Source: an uncultured Acidimicrobiaceae bacterium | GTDB lineage: Bacteria; Actinomycetota; Acidimicrobiia; Spongiisociales; UBA5794 | Length of the DNA stretch: 64,000 bases | Reading direction: 5' to 3' | NCBI GenBank assembly: GCA_947258375.1 | Contig: CAMYIJ010000010.1 | Location: 39,314 to 103,313, forward strand | Shown: positions 37,954 through 47,748 of the stretch, one piece after another | How positions within the stretch are numbered: position 1 is the first letter of the stretch | Layout: every line of letters starts with the position of its first letter | The notes under the pieces: model-generated | Database searches by the model: none | The model's input: only the letters and a program-made list of their open reading frames with translations | What the model was told of the DNA's origin: nothing | Position numbers and translations under genes: made by a program

Positions 37954-39267
37954 TCACGAACGGAACACAACTTCGCTGATGACGGTGTAGTACACCCCCT
38001 CCTCCTGTTCGGGCAGGTCGGTGAACCACAGCAGCCAGACTCCACCGTCCTTTCCGGTGAGCTGCACCCGGGTCGTCTCCTCGCGAAGCTCTCCGGTGGC
38101 GATGTCCTCGTAGCCGGTGCGCGGCGACTCGGCGGAGGCCGCCCACGCCACCGTGTAGCCGGTGCCGGCGCTGCCGTTGACGTCGACGGTTGCCGGATTG
38201 CCGGCGACGTTGAATACGATGCCGACTCCGGGTTTCAGGAGCGGCAGTGGTGCGAAGTAGCTCTCGGTTCGCCAGGCAGTGGCATCGTCCCCGTCGGTGA
38301 GAAACGGCAGCTCCCTGTCATGCTCGGCGCCGTCCCCGTCCGGGTCGAGCACAAACGTGGTGGCAGCCAGGACGACTTCATCGCCGGAGATGGGAGCCAC
38401 CGTGGTTGTGGCGCGGTCCTGGGGCGCGGATGGCGCGACCGAAGTGGTGGTTGTCGTTGGCGACGGGGTGGCGGGAAAGAGGAAGGGCGAGTCCGGATCG
38501 GTATCGAGAGCAAGCCCGGCTGTGGCAACCGCCAATGCTGCCGCGATGAGCACCACTGCCGGTATCAGCCATCCCCACGACCAGTCGCGGGTCTCCGATG
38601 TGGCCGGGGCTGTGGGAATTGCCCGCAGCGCAGCCGCCAAATCTGCCGAGCTGAAGTGACCCTGCTCGGCCGAATCCAGCGCGGTATCGACGGCCCGGGG
38701 CAGTCCCTCCGCCACCTGCGAGGCCCGGATTCCGGGAGATTCGCTGCCGGTGAGTGAGGCGCGCAATGCCGTGGCCAGCGCCGCGGTGTCCTGCTGGGGT
38801 GTTGTCCATCGGCCGGGTCGACCGAAAGCGCCGAGCTTGGCCGGATGGGCCGCCGAGAACTGAATCGCTCCGGGATCGATGGCACCGTGGATCACCCCGT
38901 CCCCATGCAGGGCGGCGAGCCCATCGGCCAGGCCGGCGGCGTTGGGGAGGAACTCGGCCACCGGCAAGGTCTCCTGGGCCGCCAGCCTGTCCCGAATCGA
39001 GACGCCGCCGTTCCACTCGAGGATGGCGTAGGTGCTCTCGTCGTCTCCGACGGCAAACACATCGACGAGATGCTGGTGGGGCACCGAAGCGGCCAGGCGA
39101 TTCCGCTCGAGGAAAGTGTTGCGGCGAGTCGCCGAGGCCTCGCTGCTGAGGATCCGGACCAGAACGGGACGATCGAGCGTACGGTCGGTCGCCAACCACT
39201 CTTCTACGTCGTTGTCCCTGCCGAGCCGTACCTGGGTCTGGTAGCGCTCGGGAAGCCGAGGGGCCAC
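37954..39267 (-). CDS. stand-alone pseudokinase (degenerate Ser/Thr kinase fold), TM, extracellular domain
   Basis: Kinase-like N-domain lacking the VAIK lysine (VLVRIL) and catalytic Asp (HGAIDPGAI instead of HRDLKPxN), then a TM helix and a Thr/Pro linker. Resembles the MviN pseudokinase module of mycobacteria. Confidence 0.65.
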   Translation of the reverse strand: MAPRLPERYQTQVRLGRDNDVEEWLATDRTLDRPVLVRILSSEASATRRNTFLERNRLAASVPHQHLVDVFAVGDDESTYAILEWNGGVSIRDRLAAQETLPVAEFLPNAAGLADGLAALHGDGVIHGAIDPGAIQFSAAHPAKLGAFGRPGRWTTPQQDTAALATALRASLTGSESPGIRASQVAEGLPRAVDTALDSAEQGHFSSADLAAALRAIPTAPATSETRDWSWGWLIPAVVLIAAALAVATAGLALDTDPDSPFLFPATPSPTTTTTSVAPSAPQDRATTTVAPISGDEVVLAATTFVLDPDGDGAEHDRELPFLTDGDDATAWRTESYFAPLPLLKPGVGIVFNVAGNPATVDVNGSAGTGYTVAWAASAESPRTGYEDIATGELREETTRVQLTGKDGGVWLLWFTDLPEQEEGVYYTVISEVVFRS

Positions 39268-39336
39268 TGCATCCTCCGTTGTCCGGGGTTGAGGTTAGGG
39301 GGGAATGCCGCGAGCGGTGGCCCCGGGACCGATCGA

Positions 39337-40095
39337 TCAGGCGTCGAAGCGGAGCAGGCTCAGGGGCTCGGGCAGCACGCTGAACCCTTCGTCCTCGTAG
39401 AGGCGAATGGCCGGGTTGTTGTCGTACTGGGTGTTGAGCAGCATGATCTTGGCGCCGCTCTTGCGAGCCCGGCGGGCGGCGGCTCTGACCAGTGAACGTC
39501 CCATACCCTGGCCTTGCCACTTGGGGTGGACGGCGACGCGCTGCAAATAGGCAACCGCGCTTCCATAACCCACGATGGCGAACCCGGCAGCGCCGCCATC
39601 GGCATCGCGGATTATCAGCGTGTCGGAGTCGCCCGTTGCCTGGAGCGCCTCGCTCATCCCGTTCTCATCGAACCTCCAGAACACGGTGAATGCCGCCGCG
39701 TCGATTGACAGCAGACACGACATGGGAATGTCGGAGCCATCGACCACAAGGTGGTTGGGGCACTTCGGCTGGTCGGTCAGTTCGAGGCGCATCAATGCCA
39801 GGTCGAGGTAAGGCTCATAGCCGGCCTCGAGCCAGGGGGAGTGGGAACTCGATGGCAGCGGGGGTGAGAGCACAGACGGGGCGCCCATGTCGGTGAGGCG
39901 GTCGGTGCACGCCTGGAGAAAGCCACCGCCGCCGCGCAACAGCCGCAGAGAAGCAGTGACTTCGCTGTCGTTCCACGGCCGGGCGTCGGCCCGCGCCCAA
40001 CCGCGTCGAAAGGTCATGGGCCCGGGCCATTCGCCCCGGTGCATGATCTTGAACGGGCTTTCGGTGAGTGCCATCGGGGAGAAGGCTAACCCCAT
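39337..40095 (-). CDS. GNAT family N-acetyltransferase
   Basis: C-terminal GNAT core: VAVHPKWQGQGMGRSLV...LNTQYDNNPAIRLYEDEGF. Confidence 0.7.
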   Translation of the reverse strand: MGLAFSPMALTESPFKIMHRGEWPGPMTFRRGWARADARPWNDSEVTASLRLLRGGGGFLQACTDRLTDMGAPSVLSPPLPSSSHSPWLEAGYEPYLDLALMRLELTDQPKCPNHLVVDGSDIPMSCLLSIDAAAFTVFWRFDENGMSEALQATGDSDTLIIRDADGGAAGFAIVGYGSAVAYLQRVAVHPKWQGQGMGRSLVRAAARRARKSGAKIMLLNTQYDNNPAIRLYEDEGFSVLPEPLSLLRFDA

Positions 40096-40135
40096 TCTGA
40101 GGGGTCTCCGCCGTTCGACGTGTAATCATGGTCTC

Positions 40136-41143
40136 GTGAAGCTGCTACTAGCCACCCACGATTCGTCGATGCACCACGACACCGGAATCGGCCATCCGGA
40201 AAGGCCGGCCCGAATCGAGGCAGTGGTCCGCGGCATCATGAACAGCGGCTCCCTGGTCGATCACCTGTCGCCGGAGCCGGCTCCCATCGAACTGCTGACC
40301 ACAATTCACGATCCCTCCTACGTGGGTGCCCTCGAGCAGTTCTGTGCCGCCGGAGGGGGCGCAATTGACGCCGACACGGCGGCCGTCAGCGCGTCATGGG
40401 AGGCCGCCTTGCGCGCCGCGGCGGCCGGCCCTGCGGTGTGTGACGCCATGGCGGCCGGAGCGGCGGACCTCGGCTACGTCGCGATGCGTCCTCCAGGCCA
40501 TCACGCGACGCACAACCGGGCGATGGGATTCTGCTTGTTCAACAACGTCGCGGTGACCGCGGCGCATCTGCGGGCACAGGGCTCCCGCGTCGCGATCGTC
40601 GACTGGGACGTTCACCACGGAAACGGCACCCAGGCTTCGTTCTACTCGGATCCGGACGTGCTGTACGTGTCGATTCACCAGCAGGGCATCTACCCGGGAA
40701 CCGGTTCTCTCGAGGACGTGGGCAAGGACGCCGGGCTGGGACACAACCTCAACATCCCGGTGCCTGCCCGGACGGGCGGCACCTTCTACCGGCGAGCCAT
40801 GGAGGATTTGGTGGTGCCGGTCGTCTCCCAATTCGAACCGGACTGGCTTCTGATCTCGTCGGGATACGACGGCCATGCCGATGACCCCCTGGCCGGCCTC
40901 GAGCTGCTGGCAGGCGATTACGGCTACATGGCACACCAGCTGGCATCGATCGTCGCTCCCGGCAGTTCCGTTGTCTTTCTGGAGGGCGGATATGACCTCG
41001 ACGCCCTCGAAGCCGCCGCGGCGGCCACGGTGCAGGGCTGGCTCGACCCCGACTACCCGATCGACCCGGCTACGGCCGGCGTTTCTACAGACTGGTACCT
41101 CGAGCGAGCGACCGACGTTGTCGGGCGTTTTTGGCGGCTGTAG
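40136..41143 (+). CDS. histone deacetylase family (AcuC/HDAC-like) amidohydrolase
   Basis: HPERPARI, PPGHHA, DWDVHHGNGTQ, GGYD motifs. GTG start 40136. Confidence 0.8.
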   Translation: MKLLLATHDSSMHHDTGIGHPERPARIEAVVRGIMNSGSLVDHLSPEPAPIELLTTIHDPSYVGALEQFCAAGGGAIDADTAAVSASWEAALRAAAAGPAVCDAMAAGAADLGYVAMRPPGHHATHNRAMGFCLFNNVAVTAAHLRAQGSRVAIVDWDVHHGNGTQASFYSDPDVLYVSIHQQGIYPGTGSLEDVGKDAGLGHNLNIPVPARTGGTFYRRAMEDLVVPVVSQFEPDWLLISSGYDGHADDPLAGLELLAGDYGYMAHQLASIVAPGSSVVFLEGGYDLDALEAAAAATVQGWLDPDYPIDPATAGVSTDWYLERATDVVGRFWRL

Positions 41144-41273
41144 TTGTCCGTCGTCCACCAGCTCTCGCAGTCCGAGGCGGTCTCTCGAATAGCTACTTCC
41201 CACGGTGCCAGAGTGACTGGTTACTACCTAGATACTCCGTGCATACCTCAATAGCCCTGATGCTCACACCGCG

Positions 41274-42821
41274 ATGAGGCGGCCGAGGAACTCTTCTCGA
41301 GCGCGACGCGTTGGGGTCAGGCTGGCATGCATCTACGTTCTGGCTGCGACGCTGCCGGCGTGCTCGGCGGAGCCGAAAGGCGACCCGGCGACTACTTCTG
41401 CCGCGTCATCTGGCGGATCTGAACTCGGGGCGACCGACTCGTCTCTCGTTCGGATAGCGCTTGTGGGCGATGTCATGTTGGGCCGCGGCGTTGCCGGTTC
41501 GGCTGCTTCCAACCCCGACGAGGTATTTGCCGGTGTGCGCCACCTGTTGACAGGCGCCGACATCGCAGGCGCCAATCTCGAATCGCCCCTCACAACCCGG
41601 CCCCACACGTCGCGCAATGAGAACGTGGTCCTGGCGTCTCCCGACTCCGCGGCGATCCTGGCCGATGCCGGCTTCGACGTGGTGTCCCTGCCGAACAACC
41701 ACGCGGCGGATGCCGGGCCACCCGGGATCCTCGATACGATCGCAGCCGTCGAGGCGGTGGGTCTGCGGACGGTTGGGGCCGGGGCCGACTCCGACGCGGC
41801 GGCGGCTCCGCTTGAGATTCTCATCTCCGGCCTGGTTGTCGGGTTCCTGGCCTTCGATACCACCGGTGTCGCCCCTGCGGCCGGAGAGGAGCCGGGAGTG
41901 GCGGTGTGGGACCGCGCCACCGGGCCGGCAACGGTTGCCGCCTTGCGGGCGACGTCCGACATTGTGGTGGTGTCGATCCACGGCGGCTCCGAGTACTTGC
42001 CGACCAACGATCCGCAGATGGCCGATATCGCCGAGGAATTGGTGGCTGCCGGGGCCGACGTTGTCTGGGGTCACGGGGCCCACGTGATGCAGCCGGTGTA
42101 CCCGAGCGAACTCGACCACCGCGCGGTTGTGGCTACGTCACTGGGCAACTTCATCTTCGACCAGTCCGGGCCCGGCCGTACCACAGGGGCGATGCTCGAG
42201 GTGCTGGCCGGAGCCGCCGGGGTCGTGGCGTACCGGGTCGCCGTTACCGAACACGGCGAGCGGCGCGTGAGCTTCGTCGAGTGGGAGCAACCGGAAGGCG
42301 ATGCTGTGTGGCTCGACGGGGCGTGGTGGTCGCTGGTCGGCCCTCACCGGCTGGACGACCCGGGCCACACCACCATCGCGGCCTTCCGTCACGGAGACCT
42401 GACGGCCGCTGCCGAAGGAGACGTGACGGGAACCGGGGCCCGGCACGTCGTCGCCTCATTCCGCCGGCCCTTTGCCGAGACCGACTACGCCCGGCTGCGA
42501 CCCGACACCCAATGGGCGGACCGCACTGGTCGCAGCGCTCACCTCGGCGTCTATACGATGGATAACCTCACTGAGGTATGGGTCGCCGGATCTGTGTCGA
42601 TGCCGGTTGCCGACCTGGCAGTGTGCACCGGGTCGATCGCGGTAGCTCACGACTCTCTCGATGACTCAACGGTGATGGCGACGGGGGCGTGGGTGTGGAA
42701 CGGTTTCGGGTTCGCAACGGCACCCGACCTGCCGGGCAGAGGCACCGCGGGCTGTGCCGATGTCGATGGAGACGGGCGGACCGAGCCGGTGGTAGTGAAT
42801 CGGGCCGAGGTGGCTCCATAA
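41274..42821 (+). CDS. CapA-family (PGA_cap, metallophosphatase-like) lipoprotein
   Basis: Lipobox LPACS; LVGDVMLGRGV, NLESPL, NNHAADAG, SIHGGSEY motifs of CapA/MPP fold. Confidence 0.75.
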   Translation: MRRPRNSSRARRVGVRLACIYVLAATLPACSAEPKGDPATTSAASSGGSELGATDSSLVRIALVGDVMLGRGVAGSAASNPDEVFAGVRHLLTGADIAGANLESPLTTRPHTSRNENVVLASPDSAAILADAGFDVVSLPNNHAADAGPPGILDTIAAVEAVGLRTVGAGADSDAAAAPLEILISGLVVGFLAFDTTGVAPAAGEEPGVAVWDRATGPATVAALRATSDIVVVSIHGGSEYLPTNDPQMADIAEELVAAGADVVWGHGAHVMQPVYPSELDHRAVVATSLGNFIFDQSGPGRTTGAMLEVLAGAAGVVAYRVAVTEHGERRVSFVEWEQPEGDAVWLDGAWWSLVGPHRLDDPGHTTIAAFRHGDLTAAAEGDVTGTGARHVVASFRRPFAETDYARLRPDTQWADRTGRSAHLGVYTMDNLTEVWVAGSVSMPVADLAVCTGSIAVAHDSLDDSTVMATGAWVWNGFGFATAPDLPGRGTAGCADVDGDGRTEPVVVNRAEVAP

Positions 42822-42900
42822 CGCCCCCCGGTGTGACGTGGAGAAGGCGATAGATCGGCGCGTCGCCGAAGCCCATGTCTGTCAACGTTTCTGGCACTTC

Positions 42901-42959
42901 CTTGACACCGCAGCACTGTTCTTGACATTCCCTTGACGCCGCCGAAGCGGGCCCTTGAC
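42901..42959 (+). promoter_or_regulatory. four direct YCTTGACR repeats upstream of the HExxH gene
   Basis: cttgac at 42901, 42921, 42932, 42954, plus an inverted gtcaac at 42881. Confidence 0.35.
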
Positions 42960-42966
42960 GGGGTAA

Positions 42967-43674
42967 TTGCACGTTGGGGCCATGAAGGCTCTAACCACAC
43001 TCATCGCAATCTCGATTGCGGCCCTGGCAATCACCATCATCTCGAACGCGGTCCTGGCGCCACCGCAACCAAGCCCTGGCGGGGAGGCTCCTGAGGCTCC
43101 CTTGGCCTCCACAGAGCCGGAAGCCCTTTCACACGGATCTCGGGAGATCCCCGCCCGGTTGCGTCCCTGGTTTGCCGACTATCCGGAGACTGTCGATGTC
43201 GGCGACATCCGGGTCTACGCCTCCGACCCCGCCCGGGTGCATGAGGCCCAGGACGTCATTGACCGCTTCGCCGAGGCGGGTATCGAACTGCCGAAGCTGG
43301 AGATCTGGACTCATGACGATCTGAGCGGCTGCCGCTTGACTGTCGAGGACGACACTCCGCCGGCGGGCGTGTACTTCCAGCGTGCGGGTGTGGACATCGT
43401 CTTTCAGTGTGGCGCCACCTTCACCCTCATTCACGAGCTGGCTCACGCCCACGACAACAACTTCCTGACCGATGTCGACCGTGACGAGTTCCTGTCCATT
43501 CGCGACGCCGACTCCTGGCGCAACGAGAAGTGGTCCCGGGCAGCCGGTGAACACTTCGCAGACGTCGTTGCCTGGGGCCTCACCGACGGCGCAGTCCGCC
43601 CCTCCCGCAACCTGCCGAACGACAACGCCAGCCTGGATGCCGCCTTCGAGATGGCGATGGCGTTCAGCGGCTAG
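42967..43674 (+). CDS. secreted/membrane-anchored HExxH protein (putative minimal zinc metallopeptidase), unknown family
   Basis: N-terminal hydrophobic segment, TLIHELAHAHD motif. Confidence 0.5.
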   Translation: MHVGAMKALTTLIAISIAALAITIISNAVLAPPQPSPGGEAPEAPLASTEPEALSHGSREIPARLRPWFADYPETVDVGDIRVYASDPARVHEAQDVIDRFAEAGIELPKLEIWTHDDLSGCRLTVEDDTPPAGVYFQRAGVDIVFQCGATFTLIHELAHAHDNNFLTDVDRDEFLSIRDADSWRNEKWSRAAGEHFADVVAWGLTDGAVRPSRNLPNDNASLDAAFEMAMAFSG

Positions 43675-43739
43675 CAACTTGCGGGAACTTTGGCGCGGCG
43701 CGGCGGCGCTCATGGGGTAGGTTCGCGGTGATGGTGTGA

Positions 43740-46286
43740 GTGAGACCGGAGGTCGTTATGGCTCGTCGTATGGCTCTTCTCGTAGTGCTGGGTCTCGTCG
43801 CAGCGAGTTGTACATCCGGGGACGGGGCCGTCACGTCCACCACCGCGCTTCCGGCGACCTCGTCAACATCAACCGCGGTCACCACCGCGCCTTCCACAAC
43901 CACAACGCCGGCGATAACCGAACCCCCGAACGCGACCCCGGCCGACTTGGTCGCGGTCCCCTTCGGCGCTCTCGCAGAAGTCCCCGTGCTCACCGCGGGT
44001 GATCCTTACGGGCGCGAACCCCAACCCGCGAGCCTCCAGGGAGTTGTTGTTCACGAGCAGATCATGGCGGCTCTCGACGCGGCCGGCGCTGTGCCCAACC
44101 TCACCGAACACGGCTTCACGATCGTCCCGGGCGACACCCGCTATTTCCACCATATCTACGAGGGTGCCGAGTACGCCGGCTACCCGGTGTTCGTGACTAC
44201 CGATGTCGCCTATCACGTGTGGCACCTGGCCTTCGACAAGATTCTGCGCGAGGTCGAGCAGCAGGCTCTGCTTCCGGCTCTCGAAGGCATGTTGGCCCGG
44301 CTGGTCGAACTGGCGCGCGCCCAGGAGTCTGAATTGGCCGGCACCGCACTCGAAGGCCCGGCCAATCGGGTGCGGCAGTTCTTCGAGGCGGCGGCGACCC
44401 TGGCCGAGATAGATGTCGGACCGATCGGCCCGCTGGCCGACCAGGAGGTCACCCTGGCGCAGGAGGCTTCGGGGCGCGACCAATCTCCGACCATCGGCGC
44501 CAACGTCGACACCGGATTCATTTCCCGGGAAACCGACTACTCGCTGTTCCGGCCGCGGGGCCACTACACGCGGAACTCAGATCTCGAGCGCTTCTTCCGG
44601 GCGATGTCGCAGCTCGGCAACAACGCCTTCCTGTATAGCCCGGCGGAAGGTCTGCAGATGGGGATCCTCGCCAGCCGGGCACTGTTGGCGGACCCGGATG
44701 TGGTGGCCTCGTGGCAACGTATCTATGAGCCGACGGCATTCCTGGTCGGCGCCGCCGACGACTACACGCCGTTCGAGGTGAGTGCGGCCGTCAATGCGGC
44801 GGTCTCGACCGGTTGGGACGACGTCAAGGTCTTCGCCGACCTCGAAGCGGTGGCCGCCGTCGGTGAAGAGCTGGTGGCGGCCCGCCCCGTCCAGATCAAC
44901 CCGGAGGCGGCATCCGTGCGCATCATGGGCAGCCGATTCGTCATCGATTCGTTCATCTACGACCAGCTGGTCATCCCAAACGTGACGCAGCGAGACGCCG
45001 CCTCCCCGTTGGATCTGGCTGCGGCCGCAGGTTCGGAGTGGGCGTACGACATCCAGGATGCGGCCGGGGAGACCGATTTCCCGGGATACGACGAAGCTCT
45101 CGACTCGATGAAGGCGCTGCTTGCCGGCCGCGACATCGGTGACTGGGGCCGCACGGTCTACGACGCCTGGCTGTACGCCCTCGAGCCGATGTGGCTGCCG
45201 CGAGGAGCTGAGTTCCCCGACTTCATGCAAACGCCGGAGTGGAGCGCCAAGTCCCATCAAACAGGCTTCGGTTCCTACACGGAGCTCAAGCACGACACGA
45301 TTCTCTACACCAAGCAGGCCGTGGCCGAAGGTGGCGGGGAAGAGCCACCGGTGCCCCCGCGGCACTGGGTGGAGCCCGACCCGGTGGTGTTCGAACGGCT
45401 GGCCGCGGTGACCGCGCTGATGCGCTCCGGGCTGATGAGCCGGGATCTGCTCGCCGAGGAGTACGTGAAGCTGCTCGACGACCTCGAGGAGTTCTACAGG
45501 TGGCTGGCCTCCATCGCACATGATGAGCTTGCCGGCCGCCCCATCAGCGCGGAGGACAATGACCAGCTCAGCTGGATCGGAGCCCAGCTCGAGACCTTCT
45601 GGTTCAGAACCTCAGACCTAGACCTGGGCCCGGACTCCGGGCCGGATTCCCATGCGGCGCTGGTGGCCGACATCATGAGCAATGCCGGGGGCGTGCTCGA
45701 GCTGGGTACGGGGTTCGTCGACAGGATCTTCGTTCTCGTGCCGGACGACGCCGGCGTCTTCCAGGTCGCCGTCGGCGGTGTCTACTCCTACTACGAGTTC
45801 TGGAACTCCGGCCCGCGGCTCACCGACTCTGAGTGGCGGCTGATGCTGGAGAACGGCGAAGCGCCGGCGCGGCCCGGCTGGCAGGAGGCCTTCTTGAGTG
45901 GCGAGCCGGCACCTCCTCAGACCGGCCTGGCGCCGGGGCTGTTCTGCCGTGATCTCCACAATCGGGGCTACGACTTCTCCACAGCCGCCGCCTACTGGGT
46001 GAGTGAGGGCGCCCCGGATCGGATGGATGCCGATCGCAACGGGATTCCATGCGAGACGGTGTTTCCGCGGGCCGAGATCGACGCGTTCCTCAGCGAAGGA
46101 GCCGGGTTCTCGGCCGGGCTGTCGTGCCGCGCACTCGGCCTCCCCGACGAACCCGACGAGTACCGGCGAGCCGTCGCGTACTGGATGACCGAGGGGGCTC
46201 CGGCCCGGATGGACGCCGACGGCGACGGCATCCCTTGCGAGACTCTGTTCTCCTCGGAGACCGTTGATCTCTTCCTGACTCCATAG
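43740..46286 (+). CDS. DUF3160 family large lipoprotein with two C-terminal Excalibur-type Ca-binding motifs
   Basis: Lipobox VAASCT, Thr/Ser linker, large central domain, C-terminal DADRNGIPCE and DADGDGIPCE (DxDxDGxxCE). Confidence 0.7.
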   Translation: MRPEVVMARRMALLVVLGLVAASCTSGDGAVTSTTALPATSSTSTAVTTAPSTTTTPAITEPPNATPADLVAVPFGALAEVPVLTAGDPYGREPQPASLQGVVVHEQIMAALDAAGAVPNLTEHGFTIVPGDTRYFHHIYEGAEYAGYPVFVTTDVAYHVWHLAFDKILREVEQQALLPALEGMLARLVELARAQESELAGTALEGPANRVRQFFEAAATLAEIDVGPIGPLADQEVTLAQEASGRDQSPTIGANVDTGFISRETDYSLFRPRGHYTRNSDLERFFRAMSQLGNNAFLYSPAEGLQMGILASRALLADPDVVASWQRIYEPTAFLVGAADDYTPFEVSAAVNAAVSTGWDDVKVFADLEAVAAVGEELVAARPVQINPEAASVRIMGSRFVIDSFIYDQLVIPNVTQRDAASPLDLAAAAGSEWAYDIQDAAGETDFPGYDEALDSMKALLAGRDIGDWGRTVYDAWLYALEPMWLPRGAEFPDFMQTPEWSAKSHQTGFGSYTELKHDTILYTKQAVAEGGGEEPPVPPRHWVEPDPVVFERLAAVTALMRSGLMSRDLLAEEYVKLLDDLEEFYRWLASIAHDELAGRPISAEDNDQLSWIGAQLETFWFRTSDLDLGPDSGPDSHAALVADIMSNAGGVLELGTGFVDRIFVLVPDDAGVFQVAVGGVYSYYEFWNSGPRLTDSEWRLMLENGEAPARPGWQEAFLSGEPAPPQTGLAPGLFCRDLHNRGYDFSTAAAYWVSEGAPDRMDADRNGIPCETVFPRAEIDAFLSEGAGFSAGLSCRALGLPDEPDEYRRAVAYWMTEGAPARMDADGDGIPCETLFSSETVDLFLTP

Positions 46287-46484
46287 CGGGCTGTTGGGGG
46301 CCCGGAGCCACACCGGGGTACCGAATCTTGTCAAGCCGCAACCCGTGCCGACCGATACCACGGAGAGTCGTCGAGTCGACCGGCACTAGTTGCCGACGGT
46401 TGCGCGACGTCCATCAGATCAAGCGCCAAACGTGCTCCAGATCGGACTCGGTCAGAGGTCCGGAACCAGAGGAGATCGAGGAAA

Positions 46485-47573
46485 TTGAATTCGTTGCCAC
46501 CACTAGACGAGATGCTGCAGAAGCTGCACGAGACGAAGGGCTCCGATCTCCATCTGAAGGTCGGATCGCCTCCGGCTTTCCGTATCGATGGCGAGCTCCA
46601 TCTCTCCAATCTCGATCCGCTGACTTCCCAGGACACGGCCAGCTACGCAGAGGAAATCCTCACCGAGCGGGTGGCGGTGGCCTTCGAGGAGACAAACGAA
46701 GCCGACTTCGCCTTCGGAAAGCCGAGCCTGGGTCGTTTCCGGGTGAACTGCTACCGGCAGCGCGGCTCGGTCAACATCGTCATTCGCGCTGTGAGCCCGG
46801 CGAGTCAACAGTTTGCCGAATTGGGTCTCCCGGACATGGTGGGGACGCTGTGCGACAACCACCGGGGGCTCATCCTCGTCACCGGTCCCACAGGTTCGGG
46901 GAAGTCGACAACGCTCGGGGCAATGCTCGACCATATCAACTCGTCGCGGCGGGCCAACATCATCACTCTCGAGGATCCGATCGAGATCCTGCACCCCGAC
47001 AAGAAGTCGATCGTCAGTCAGCGTGAAGTTGGAGTCGACACGGAGTCCTTCGCCGAGGGCTTGCGGCGCGTCCTGCGCCAGGATCCCGACGTGATCCTGA
47101 TCGGTGAGATGCGTGACCGGGCGACGGTGGAAGCCGCGTTGACGGCGGCCGAGACCGGGCATCTGGTGCTGTCGTCACTGCACACCATCGACACCATTGA
47201 GTCGGTCAATCGCATCATCGACTTCTTCCCGACAGATCACCAGCAGCAGGTGCGGCTCATGCTTGCGTCCACGCTCACCGCGGTTCTCAGCCAGCGGCTC
47301 ATTCCGCGGACCGATGGCCAGGGTCGAGTCCCGGCCCTGGAGCTGCTCATCAACACGGAACGTGTTTCAGAACGCATTATCGACCCGACCCAAACGCACA
47401 CCCTGGTCGGAGTTGTGGCCGAGGGCGCCTATTACGGCATGCAGAGCTTCGATCAGGCGATCCTGGAGCTCTATCGCGATGGCGTGATCAACTTCCAGGA
47501 CGCCCTGGTCCATGCGAGCAATCCCACCGACTTCAAGCTGCAGGTCCAAACGACGGGTCTGATGACCGCGTAA
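46485..47573 (+). CDS. pilT: type IV pilus retraction ATPase PilT/PilU family
   Basis: Walker A GPTGSGKSTT, Asp box, Walker B ILIGEMRD, His box LSSLHT. 362 aa. Confidence 0.85.
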   Translation: MNSLPPLDEMLQKLHETKGSDLHLKVGSPPAFRIDGELHLSNLDPLTSQDTASYAEEILTERVAVAFEETNEADFAFGKPSLGRFRVNCYRQRGSVNIVIRAVSPASQQFAELGLPDMVGTLCDNHRGLILVTGPTGSGKSTTLGAMLDHINSSRRANIITLEDPIEILHPDKKSIVSQREVGVDTESFAEGLRRVLRQDPDVILIGEMRDRATVEAALTAAETGHLVLSSLHTIDTIESVNRIIDFFPTDHQQQVRLMLASTLTAVLSQRLIPRTDGQGRVPALELLINTERVSERIIDPTQTHTLVGVVAEGAYYGMQSFDQAILELYRDGVINFQDALVHASNPTDFKLQVQTTGLMTA

Positions 47574-47748
47574 GCTACGACCTCCAGATGGCACCTATCG
47601 CTGGCGCCGCATGCGATGGCGACATCGGGCAATGTCCCGGGGTCGCCATCGACGCGTTTCGAGTGTCCGGTCTCTTGTGCCGCCGCAGCATCCAGCACCA
47701 ATGGACCTGTCCGCCAACTGCGTGATAGGCCACTAGGGTCGCGCCCGA

